Position numbers and translations under genes: made by a program
In this document: positions 40,658 through 53,084 of the stretch, in pieces
How positions within the stretch are numbered: the stretch's first letter is position 1
Layout: every line of letters starts with the position of its first letter
Assembly: GCF_006345805.1 (NCBI RefSeq)
Contig: NC_043005.1
Location: 38,006,001-38,070,000, forward strand
DNA from: Octopus sinensis
Lineage: Eukaryota
Direction: 5' to 3'
Length of the DNA stretch: 64,000 nt
Notes under the pieces: model-generated
What the model saw: the letters and a program-made list of their open reading frames with translations, nothing else
Databases searched by the model: none
What the model was told of the DNA's origin: nothing

Positions 40658-40863
40658 GGCCTCCCCTGGCACCTGTGCTGGTGGCACGTAAAAAGCACCC
40701 ACTACACTCATGGAGTGGCTGGCGTTAGGAAGGGCATCCAGCTGTAGAAACACTGTCAGATCAAACTGGAGCCTGGTGCAGCCTCCTTGGCTTCTCAGAC
40801 CCCGGTCAAACTGTCCAACCTGTGCTAGCACAGAAAACGGATGTTAAACGATGATGAAGCTGA

Positions 40864-40905
<42 letters not shown>

Positions 40906-41847
40906 CAAATGTACAAAAACTAAAAGACAAGTGAGGAAACAACAAACAAGGTGTATTAGTTTAACACTTCAGAATTTAAAATGAGAGCAATTCAATGTTT
41001 TATATGTTAGTCCAGTGTCAGAAAAATATGGGAAAAAATTAGCATAGGGAGATGATGGGAGTGAGAGAGAAATAGAGACTGTATTTAAAGAAAAAGAAAC
41101 AAAAATTACAAAACTGAATTATACAATTTAAAAACATATAAAATGCAAAAATTGAAAACGTGATACAGAAGGAAAGTAATGGATTAACTAGAGGGAATTG
41201 CAAAGTATAGGAAAATTTAAGAAAAAAGTAATGTGTAGATATTTAGATTATTATATCACCATTTTTGGGTGATGTGGGAATTCCATACATCTGCACATTC
41301 AAAGAATGAATGATTAGAAACTAGTAGAAGGGAAAATGCTATATGTGTGCCTGTGTATGTGTGTTGCCATGATCTATGTATTTGTATGGATGTATGCAAG
41401 TGTAGAGGTATGGTAGCATCAATTAATGTGGGGTAGGGGTTGTTTGTGTGTGTTGCATACGTGTTTGTGCAATTGTTAGATGGGTAGTTTGATAAAATGT
41501 ACGTAAGGCTGTAGGTGTGTCATTAAAATAAGAAACAAGACGCACATGTACTTTTCTGTGTACTGACAATTTGCAGAACTACTACTACACATGCAGAAAT
41601 ATAACAGAGACAAATTGGATTTTTACGTTTGTATTTATACAAACATGTGATAAGTACTTTTTTTTATGTCTGTGCAAATATGTATGGATGTAACTCTGTA
41701 TACATTAGTATGCTGAAATACACATACATGTATACATACATACATACATATATTTTTCTGCAGTATACATGAATACACTTAAGTACATACTTAATAATTT
41801 TTGTGTGTACTTATAATTTTTACGTGTATAGATGTATGTAAATGTGC

Positions 41848-41879
<32 letters not shown>

Positions 41880-43289
41880 TTAATTTAGCAACAATATTTA
41901 CTTTGATATATGATCTGAAATATAATTCATAAGCTTGGTTAACTGGTCTAATGTTAGCTGTTTTCCAAAATCTAAGAAATATTTCCTGGGTTTTTTTTTG
42001 AAGTAGATTAAAAATTTAACAACTATGATTATACTCTTTCTGTGATTCTATACTGTTTGTATTATTTTTTTTTTTTTGGTTGCTTCTAATATTTTATGCT
42101 CCTTCTAATATTTCTAAGAATGTATGAATAAATATTACAAGATAAAAGAGTTATATGTTTAACAATTCATTGCTACACAGTGCATACATACTGCACATCA
42201 ATTCTGACCAAAAGATACTTTTATTTATACTTGAACAGACACAGACATAACAAGTTAAAACATTATACATAATACATTGTCTACATCAACCCTTTTCATC
42301 TTTTCTATTTTTCTACTTCCATCTCTTTCCTCTGCCCCCACTACAATTTTTTTTTTATTAATTCTTTTTATTTTTCTCCTTCATCTTACCCAAACAGTTT
42401 CTTTCTTTTATTTCTGTTTCTCTTAATGAGTATTTCCTTTCAATCTTTTTTCCTCATTTAATTTACCACTGTTCCATTTCCTTCTGTTTCCATTTTAATG
42501 GTTTTTAGAAATTATTCTATGGGTTTCCGGGAAATATTTGGTGCAGGCATGGCTGTGTGGTTAAGAAGTTCACTTCCCCACCATCCTTGCTTAGATTTTC
42601 TTCTTCTGCTATAACCCTGGGCCAACCAGTGCCTTGGGAATGAATTATGATCTCACTTAGCAAACAAGTGGAGGATTGGTGACAGAAAGAGCATCTGGTC
42701 ATAGAAGACACTGTCTTATTTGACTCATGCAACTGGGGAAAGTTGACATTAAAACAATGATAGGGTAAAGACACCCTTCAGTCATGAATGGTCATGAGAT
42801 TGCACTTAGAAAGTTCCCCTCCAAGGCACAAGTCCAGGCAAGGTTGTTTATGGAAGGCAAGCAGTCGCCCATGCATACCAACCTTCCCTCTTCACACTAC
42901 TGATCATTATCCAAGGGAAAGGCAAAGGCCAATACAGCTTGGCACCAGTGACATCACAACTCATTTCTACAGCTGAGTGAACTGGAGCAATGTGAGATAA
43001 AGTGTCTTGCTCAAGAACACAACACAGCCTGGTCCAGGAATTGAACTCACTACCTCATGATTGTGAGCCCGATGTTCTAACTGTTGAGCCATGCACCTTC
43101 ACGTCAGATTAGTCAATGACTCGATTAATCTGGTGGCATTAAACATTTGAGAATACCTTCTAAGTCTACAACTTACCAATACACGTAAATATAAGTGAAC
43201 GTAAGCATATCATCTCTCCAATGATAACAGTAATAATGTTATGATTATCACAAAACACTCTTCACTGTTGTCAGCTATAACTTGTCAAC

Positions 43290-43530
43290 TTAAGATCATC
43301 TTCATAGGCACTTGGCCAGCTAGATATGTCAGCCAAATATCACTTAAATTTCCCTTTAATGCACCTTGTATCTTGAAGGTCGATCCAGAACATCATCATC
43401 ACATTTTTATCTCTTTCCAGTTCCACTCAGATCACATCTACTCTATTTTCTTTGCTGTGAGTAGCTGTGTAACTCTTTTACAGCAAGAAACGTGTTCTAT
43501 TGTGAAGTGAAGGACCTTTTTCCTTCATTT
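43290..43530 (-). mobile_element. Possible highly decayed RTE-clade LINE fragment
   Basis: ATHSKE...ELERDKNVMMMFW loosely parallels RTE LHGSETW...LERNExxMLRWM. Confidence 0.3.
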
Positions 43531-45427
43531 AAACTCCTCATTCCTTAGCATAAAGCCATCTCCTTCTCTGCTGTTAAATGTGGTTTTTAGTCTTACAGGA
43601 AGTTGAACAGCAACTTCTCTAGTGCTGGTGTTACAAAAAGAAGGCATCCAGTTTATGCTGTAAACCAGATGAGATTAGGATGGTCATCTATTCATAAAAA
43701 CTAAAACAACTAAGACATTGGAGCATAGTGAAGTCTTTAGACTTATATGATCTTGTCAAACTATCTCACCCATGCCATCACATCAGATGATGTTGAATGA
43801 TGATGATACAGATGTTGCTAACCATCATGTGACATTACATTTGTGTGCCTTGCTTCACACGGTGTTTTCATGTAGCTAATGTCTTGCCATTTCATTTAGC
43901 TATTGTACTGATTTAAAGGGGTACACACTGTGCAGTTACTGTTGAGTTGTTGTTTATCCAGGGGCTTGGGTGTGGAGGCACATGGCCTAGTGGTTAGAGT
44001 AGCGGACTTGCGGTTGAGGTATTGCAGGTTCGAATCTCAGACTGCGCGATGTGTGTGTTTATGAGCGAAACACATAAGCTCCACGCGGCTCCGGCAGAAG
44101 GTAATGGCGAACTTCTGCTGACTCTTTCGCCACAATTTTCTCTCACTCTTTCCTCCTGCATCTTGCAGCTCACCTGTGATGGACTGGTGACCCGTCCAGG
44201 TGGGGAACCTATATGTCAAGGAAATCAGGAAACCAGCTCTTATGAGCCAGGCGTGGCTTGAGAAGGAACAAACAACAGGGTCTCGGGTGCAGCGAGTGCA
44301 AGCACATCTCCGAAAGTTTTGGATGAGTGCAATATCAAAATTTGCACCCCTTTTTTTTACTTTGCATAAAAAGGATCTGTAAAAGGTAGCTTGAAGTAAA
44401 ATTTTTTCTCAAAGAACAAAGAATAGAAATAAATATATAAAAAAGATATGACCTTTGCACTTCATTTCCCCAAAAAAATTTCCTTTCAAAGTCAGTGAGT
44501 GAACCATCAAAATGTGGGAGGCATTTTCTGTTTTATGCTGCACCTTCTAGACACTCTCTACCATTTGCATCACACTGCATATCCCCACACTCATACTAAA
44601 TTTCATTAGTTTTAATCGGATTAGACACCTATTAACAAAATAATGGAACCAAGTCAAATGTGGAATTAATAAGAGAGTCCTCAGGAAGTTATTTAAATAA
44701 AATTAGTATAACTTGTAATAATATGCGCATGTGAAATATATAATGGGATAAACTAAAGATACACAATTGAATTTTTATGAAGGAATTGTTTTTGATTAAA
44801 AATTGTGTATGATTTCTTTTCATAAAAGTCAATTTCTAATTGAATCTCAAAAAAAGTTCTTTTCTTTATCTTTTCTCTCTTTTAATGTTTATATTTTGTA
44901 TTTAATGATCTCAGAAACAATTTAAGTAAACCACATTCACTCACCATTCCCTCACCCTCTCATGATGTATATATAGTTGTCCATGTATAAATGTATTTAT
45001 GTGTATACATAGATATACAATAATACACATATATCTATATATATTCATGTGTGTGTGTGGATATGTCTTTGTGTATAAATATATGTATACAATGTATGTA
45101 TACACACACATACACACACTTCAATTAATATTCTTTAAACAACAATGGAATTCAAAGCTTTTCCTCATAGGTTTTTTTTATATCAAAATATGTAATTAAT
45201 GATTCTAATAAAACAAAAAAACAAAAACCCTTAAAGAGTAACATTTTATAAAAGTATATTGAGAGACTTAATGAATTTTCTGTGACAATTGCATTTAGCC
45301 TTACAAATATTTATAATAGTAGAACAAGTAGGAAGATAATCAACGCATAGATACTGAACAGGATATATATATATATATATATATATCATCATCGTTTAAC
45401 GTCCGCTTTTCATGCTAGCATGGGTTG

Positions 45428-45462
<35 letters not shown>

Positions 45463-46939
45463 AGAGAGAGAGAGGGGGAGGATATAGTCCTTTATATCCT
45501 TAGATTAGCAGCATAGCTAAATGTTATAGCATTCTAACTGAATATTGGAGGAATATGAGTTTGATCCTCATGGCTGGCTGCTGACAAATTTTTTTTGCTT
45601 TTAAAGAAGAAAAGGATTTTACCCTTTATTTATATATATACTGTTTAGTATCGACGCATTGATTGAAATTAATCTTTCTACTTGTTCTGCAATAGATTTC
45701 AACACTTTGAAAACAAACTTGTTTGTTTACATCAGACGTATTTATAATAGTAGTTGATAGTATGAAGTATGTATTTATATATGCTAATTTAATTTAATGT
45801 GGAGGTGCAAAGGCCCAGTGGTTAGGGCAGCGGACCCGTGGTTTGAGGATCGTGGTTTCACTTCCCAGACCGGGCGTTGTGTGTGTTTATTGAGCAAAAC
45901 CACCTAAAGCTCCACGAGGCTCCAGCAGGGGATGGTGGCGACCCCTGGTGTACTCTTTCGCCCCAACTTTCTCTCACTCTCTCTTCCTGTTTCTTGAGTA
46001 ATGCTGTGATGGACTGGTGTCCCGTCCTACTGGGGGAACACATATGCCTCAGAAACTGGGAAACCGGGCCCATGAGCCTGGTTAGGCTTCAAAAGGGCAC
46101 ATAAATAAATAAATAAATAAATAAAATTCAATTTAATAAGTTATTAAGAAATAAAAGTCAAAATTTACATGTTGCAATCATGCAGAATATGCCCTTATGG
46201 ATTGCAGCATATATTACTTTTGAAATGGTTCAAAAGCCAGGAAACTGTTATAGCTAAACTACACACAGTTTCCATTTCTGATTGGCACAAATATATATTA
46301 TTAAAAGATTTACACCAACCTTTTCAATCACAGTAGCAATTTTTATATATGACCATGTATATATATATGTGTGCATGCATGTATGTATGTATGTATGTAT
46401 GTATGTATGTATGTATGTATGTATGTATGCATCTATTTATCTCTTGACTTATTTGTCAACCAGTATATTCATCCATCTAAGTATCCATCATCATCATCTT
46501 AACATCCACTTTTCCATACCTGTATGGGTCTCTCTCACAGGTAAATACACACACACACACACACACATTGTTATAATAAAAACAAAATGCAATCAGTATT
46601 TTAAGCTATGCTTCAGCAAACTGATTGCCATTTTTATGCTAGGCAGTTAGCTAGATTGTGCTATACTTACACCAAAACATATTGTATACATATCACAGAG
46701 AAGGCCAAGAAAGTGAATTCTTTGTAGTGTATTAACTAACATATTGCCTGAAAATTTGTTGGTTTGTGCCTATGTTAGAAACCATAATTATTAGCATATG
46801 AAACAATGAAATGGGAAATGAAATAAAGTTTTTTCGTAGGATGTCTTAGGTTAGTGAGATTAATATATTGTTGATGTTTAGTTTAAATGAGTGGAGAGTA
46901 GTGCTAATATGAAATCTTAGGCAGAGAGAGAGAGAGAGT

Positions 46940-46980
<41 letters not shown>

Positions 46981-48303
46981 GTAAAAGAATGTAGTTCTTT
47001 TGTACACTACAAGATAAAACAGTCAAGACCTGGTATGAACAATGAGGGGCACAAAGAGCAAAGACAAGGACCACACCAAGAGGAATTAAGTGGGTTTGTA
47101 TCTCTGTATTATAATAGCCAGTATAAATGCTTGTTGGTTAGGTGGTTGGCTGAAAGAGAATAAAAAGAGATATACAGAGGAAGTCAACCTAGAGGTGCAG
47201 GATAAGTCTGCACTTACTAGGCTTGGTGGCAAGCATTGAGTAAAGGAATGCCAAGTACAGAGTGAGACAGAAAGTATCATACAGGCTGAGGAGAAGAGGG
47301 TGTAAAAGACAGCAATTTCAAGAAAAATTATAGAAATGAGAAATATGTTTATTTAATTTTATTTTAAGGTTATGAAAATTTTTCTTTTAAAAATTAATAT
47401 TTATCCTTTCATCATTTTCTATATGCACCAAGTAATTTGATAAATGTTCAATTATATTTATTATATGTATGCCATATTTCTTGCTACCCATGGTAGCAAA
47501 TATATACTTCCAAAGTTACCTATCATATGACAGGTAGCACTCAATAAAGTCTAAGTACACATTACATTGTCTATCATGGCTATAGTGTTGTGGTAAGAAA
47601 ATGTAGTGAAAGCATAGCCTTGTGATTAGGGTGTTCAACTTATGATCATAACCTCATGGATTCATTTCCTGTTCTGGCTAGTACAATGTATCTCTGAGTA
47701 AAGACACTTCCTTACATGTTGCTTCAGACTACTCATTTCTAAATGTGTACCAGTCAACAACTGGTGCAGCCTTCCCTCACTCTACATGTGACATCCTTGG
47801 TGTTTTACTGGGTGAAAGTCAAACAAGGGGTTGAATGTCTGCTTGCAACTAAATAGGCACTTAAGACTATTTAATGAAAACATGGTAGATACTACCAAGC
47901 AATATTCTTTCATGAGTGATGACTAGATATACTTTGCTGTAACAATGAAAACGTGCAGCTTGACAATTTACCATCGTAATAAACAGTATAGTAATTATTT
48001 ATATGTAAGGATTTAGTTTTCCTGTTGATAGCTTTAACATAAAACTAACTTAAACTCATATTCATAGCCAACTATTGACAAGCTGACATTTTTACTAAGA
48101 TTTGTAACAATTTATATGCAATCAAAATGGTTATTTTCATGCTGGTTTTTTATAAAGAGTAAGGACAATATCTGTTCACTTTGCATATATATATACGCAC
48201 ATATATGCATACATTTATGTAATATATATACACACACACATACATAATATATGTACATATATATGTGTGTGTTTGTGTGTGTCTGTGTATATATATATAT
48301 ATG

Positions 48304-48348
<45 letters not shown>

Positions 48349-48735
48349 ACATGTATATGTGTGTATATATATATATGCACACACACATGTATACATATGT
48401 ATATACCTACATAAACGTGTATTTTGTGTATATATGTATACATACATACACACACACTTACCCTTAAACTCATATTTGAAGAAATGTTTATGTAATCTGT
48501 ATAATTTTGCATTCATAATTTATTTTTGATTTTCTTGTCCCAAATTAACAATATCTCTTTCTACCTACGACATTGTACTAAAAATGTGTGTAAATGTATC
48601 TGTATGTGTATCCTCATACCTTTATTTCTTCAATTCAATTTCAAAACTCCCCCCAAAAAAATAATATATAAAAATAATTTTTAAAATAAAGAAAAAAAAA
48701 TCATGTAAAATATTTCACTTTTTCTCTTTCTTCAG

Positions 48736-48852
48736 ATGGTAATAAATCTATCACTCCTACTAAAAAGCCCAAAAAAGATTCGAGCCGTAAAGGTAAAAAA
48801 CGTACTAAGGCTAACAATGGTACTAAAAGTATCAAAAATACTAAAGACTCAG
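48736..48852 (+). CDS. Internal coding exon (117 nt, phase 1/1), Lys-rich: DGNKSITPTKKPKKDSSRKGKKRTKANNGTKSIKNTKDS
   Basis: Strong acceptor cactttttctctttcttcag; donor CAG|gttagt; open frame; length divisible by 3; protein not recognised. Confidence 0.75.
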
Positions 48853-49073
48853 GTTAGTTTATGTTTTGTGTGTGTAGGTGTACACATGTGTGTAGGTGTT
48901 AAACATCTTGCCAAATGCCTTCGTTTCTCACAATAAACTTGTTAGATATTGTATCTGCCTGCACACGTCAGTTTTCCATTTTCAATTCTATCTTATCTTC
49001 TTACAGCACTCACTATTGTAACTTGGTTAGTTCTTTGTTTATAAACTTCTATTTCATATATTCATTATTATTA

Positions 49074-49106
<33 letters not shown>

Positions 49107-49202
49107 CATTATTATTATTATTACGATTATTACTGTTTGTTTATTTCCAATATCATCCTAGAAGTTAGGTTGGCAAAAAAATTATTAGCTATCAGCTTTG
49201 TT

Positions 49203-49253
<51 letters not shown>

Positions 49254-49475
49254 TTGATGACGATGATGTTACAATGAAAAGGGTATTTCTCAGGTTTCTG
49301 ATATACAGTGTCGTGACTGAATTATTGGTTTTTCTGATTTTACATATTGTGAGGTGACAGTTTGAGACATTCAATGAGATTCACTTTGACAACAGTGGCT
49401 AATATCATAGTAGAAAATTTCAATGCATTAAAAAGGAAGAATCCTCTTCCACAACTATATTTAATGGGTTGTTAA

Positions 49476-49525
<50 letters not shown>

Positions 49526-49723
49526 AATGTACATATATATACACACACACACATACATAGATATATAGATAGTTATATGAACGTATAAACATGTATATAT
49601 ATATATATATATATAATATATATATATAATATATATATATGTAGGTCCGGGTTGATTCGGGGTTACCACAGTAAATAAGGTACTCAATACATAGCAGAGT
49701 AAAATTAATTTATTATATAGAAG

Positions 49724-49773
49724 GACTTCTACAGGACTAGAACTGTTTCATTCAAGAGAATCTTCAGGAAGCT
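49724..49773 (-). ncRNA. Type I hammerhead motif (copy 1; two single-base deletions relative to copy 3)
   Basis: Reverse complement AGCUUC-CUGAAGA-UUCucuuGAAU-GAAA-CAG uucuaguc CUG-UA-GAAGUC. Confidence 0.7.
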
Positions 49774-49912
49774 AGTTAACAAGAATTGTATTGGCATTTA
49801 TACATTTAGGCAGGTTTAAAGGGGTGTTGGTGGGGGACTTTTTGGGGGTATTTTTTTATATTTTTTTATATTTTTTTATATTTTTTTTATTTTCTATTTT
49901 CTATTTTTTATT

Positions 49913-49946
<34 letters not shown>

Positions 49947-50125
49947 ATTTTTTTTTTTTATTTATTTATTTTTTTTTTTTATTTATTCTCCTATCTAATT
50001 TAACACTGACTCCTGACCACTCCCCAAGTATGATTTTTTGCGCTATGCCTACCCCCAAAAGTCCCCCACCAACACCCCTTTAAACCTGCCTAAATGTATA
50101 AATGCCAATACAATTCTTGTTAACT

Positions 50126-50176
50126 AGCTTCCTGAAGATTTCTCTTGAATGAAACAGTTCTAGTCCAGTAGAAGCT
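50126..50176 (+). ncRNA. Type I hammerhead motif (copy 2); predicted cleavage after A50170
   Basis: Stem I AGCUUC/GAAGCU; CUGAAGA 50132-38; GAAAC 50151-55; GUA 50168-70; one A-A mismatch in stem III. Confidence 0.8.
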
Positions 50177-50209
50177 CCTTCTATATAATAAATATATATA
50201 TATATATAA

Positions 50210-50254
<45 letters not shown>

Positions 50255-50348
50255 TATATATAAATGTACATATATATACACACACACACATACATAGATA
50301 TATAGATAGTTATATGAACGTATAAACATGTATATATATATCTATATA

Positions 50349-50380
<32 letters not shown>

Positions 50381-50463
50381 GTAGGTCCCGGGTTGATTCG
50401 GGGTTACCACAGTAAATAGGTACTCAATACATAGCAGAGTAAAATTAATTATTATATAGAAGG

Positions 50464-50514
50464 AGCTTCTACAGGACTAGAACTGTTTCATTCAAGAGAA
50501 ATCTTCAGGAAGCT
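50464..50514 (-). ncRNA. Type I hammerhead motif (copy 3, the most intact)
   Basis: Reverse complement AGCUUC-CUGAAGA-U UUC ucuu GAA U-GAAA-CAG uucuaguc CUG-UA|GAAGCU: 6-bp stem I, 4-bp stem III, GUA triplet. Confidence 0.85.
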
Positions 50515-50873
50515 AGTTAACAAGAATTGTATTGGCATTTATACATTTAGGCAGGTTTAAAGGGGTGTTGGTGGGGGACTTTTTGGGGGTATTTTTTTTA
50601 TATTTTTTTATATTTTTTTATATTTTTTTATTTTCTATTTTCTATTTTTTATTTTTTATTTTTTATTTTTTTTTTTTATTTTTTATTTATTTTTTTTTTT
50701 TTTATTTATTTATTTTTTTTTTTTTTTATTTATTCTCCTATCTAATTTAACACTGACTCCTTGACCACTCCCCAAGTATGATTTTTTGCGCTATGCCTAA
50801 CCCCCAAAAGTCCCCCACCAACACCCCTTTAAACCTGCCTAAATGTATAAATGCCAATACATTCTTGTTAACT

Positions 50874-50924
50874 AGCTTCCTGAAGATTTCTCTTGAATGA
50901 AACAGTTCTAGTCCAGTAGAAGCT
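50874..50924 (+). ncRNA. Type I hammerhead motif (copy 4); predicted cleavage after A50918
   Basis: Identical to copy 2: CUGAAGA 50880-86, GAAAC 50899-903, GUA 50916-18. Confidence 0.8.
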
Positions 50925-51763
50925 CCTTCTATATAATAAATATATATATATATATAAATATATATATATATACCTACACATATATATACCTACACATATT
51001 TAATCTGCCCTTCGTCTTAGGTGTAAAGAATTCTGAAATTTCAAATTTTTTTTCACTTATGTTTCAGATCAGCTTTGTTATTTATTGTTATTATTATTAT
51101 TATTATTAAATAAGGTGATAACCTGGCAGAATTGTTAGCATGCCAGGTGAAATACTTAGTGGTATTTCATGTCGCTACATTCTGAATTCAAATTCTGCTG
51201 AGGTAAACTTTGCCTTTCATCCTTTCAGAGTTGGTAAATTAAGTACTAGTACTTGATTAAATAAGTACTAGTTATGCTCTGGGGTCAATGTAATCGACTT
51301 ATTTCCCTTCCCCCAAAATTTCAGGCCTTTTGCCTACCGTAGAAAAGATTATTATTACTAAAAAGTTCAACTTTCACATTTTACAATTACCAGTCCAAAA
51401 CCTGAAGATTACTGGGAAAAAATATATGGGAAGACATTGATTACATCATCATCATCATCATCATTTAGCATCTGTTTTCCATGCTGGCATGGGTTGGATG
51501 TTTTGGCATTGAGCTAGCCAGCCAGGGAGCTGTCCAGATTCCACTTGTGTGTTGTGGTATGGTTTTTTATGGCTGGAAGCTTTTCCTAATGCCACACGCC
51601 ACCTGCATAGTGTTACATGTAAACACTATTACTAACCATCCTAACTTTGGTAGTCTGACACTAACAGTCATGTAAATATGAGAGGTTTATCTGTGGCATT
51701 CTGTAGTAGCCCCTAAAATATTTATGAAAGAATTGTTATACCAGTTCAAAACCTTGTCTATTA

Positions 51764-51972
51764 TTAACCCTTCACCATCTAAACCAACCGTATCTGGCCC
51801 AAATATTCTATTTGTTTTCTGTTCAAACTGATCTGATCCAACCTCTCACACCTACCCTACTATGTCATTCTAAAGATAAATAGTCACATCATGAAAATCT
51901 CAATGCTATGAGATAATGCATGATTAATTTCAAACAATGTATAAATAAGCAATCTGAAAGATAAAGGGTTAA
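51764..51972. mobile_element. piggyBac-type MITE
   Basis: TTAA-CCCTT...AAGGG-TTAA termini. Confidence 0.8.
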
Positions 51973-52757
51973 AAACAAATTAGTATTGTTTGATTTTTAA
52001 CAAGTATATTTCTCTTTGCTATCTAAAAATATATCAATAACAGTTCTACACTTTCGTAGGAGTCTGAAGACAACCTATAAAAGAACAGTTCTATCCCAGA
52101 AGAGATTCTGTGTGACATATCCTTCTCACAATTTGATGAACAAAGTTGAAACAACTTTTATACATAATAATGCTTTCCTTTGCAATCTATATACGATTGC
52201 AAGGATGCTAGAAATAGTAACCAATAGCAACATCATTATATTTAAAAAAAGAACGACATAACTGAGATGATGTGCTCCTAGTTGCTGCTAAAATAGATGG
52301 GGTAGTCATAGCTTGGAATATTTTTGACTATTGGTCCACAATGTCAAATATTGCCCAGGGGAAAATCATAAAATAAACATACATTTTTATGTTGCCCAGA
52401 CTGTTAGAAATAGTAGCTAGATATCCTTCAAATCAATCCTCCACATCTTAAACCTGAAATGCTATATTCCTGCAATAGCAGGAATCAGCTGAATGTCATT
52501 TCTGCTGGATTTCTGATAGAGTGGTAATGAACGACATACATAGATAAAGAAGATGCAGCTGGTTCTGTCTATTAGTTTTCCAGCTATTGTTACTATTGGA
52601 CTATATATACAACTATTAATTTTTTTTCCTTGAGAGCTCAGGTGGAGGGTAAAGTTAGACACAGGGGCCCAGGTCTGAGGGAGTTAAATAAAGAAGGGAC
52701 ATGAGAAGATGTAGCCTTCGTTATCCTTAAAACACAGTAAGGTGACATAAGCTACAG

Positions 52758-53084
52758 GAGTGGTTCTCAACTGGGGTCTGTATGACTTCTTGGGAACCAT
52801 ACAGGATTTTGGGGTGTCCACCCTAGCAAAGTAGTAAATTAGGTCCACATTAGTATTTTATGGGTCCTTGAAAAACAATTTGCTTTAGATATATTTATTG
52901 TAAAAGACAGGTTTCTTTCTCTGATGTTTTTACATAGTTCACTTACACAAGTGATAAGCAAAATAAGAATTTTGAAAGAAATACCAATAAAACTTCTTTT
53001 TAAATAATGAATGGCTAAGGGGGTCCACCAGAATGAAATAGTAATCAAAGGGGTCCATAGATAAAAAATGGTTGAGAACCACTG
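52758..53084. mobile_element. hAT-type MITE
   Basis: gagtggttctcaac / gttgagaaccactg TIRs; homologous to 3433-3686. Confidence 0.75.

Larger units (their letters stand above)
49480..50970 (+). repeat. Tandem duplication of a ~740-bp unit; each unit is a foldback with ~140-bp arms around a T-rich spacer
   Basis: gtaggtcc at 49641 and 50381; arms 49711-49850 / 50050-50190 and about 50450-50590 / 50800-50940. Confidence 0.9.

Noticed and set aside
43275-43456. Open + frame between an acceptor and a gtgagt donor
   Set aside because: More plausibly the antisense shadow of a decayed RTE-like fragment; peptide unconvincing, though not excluded
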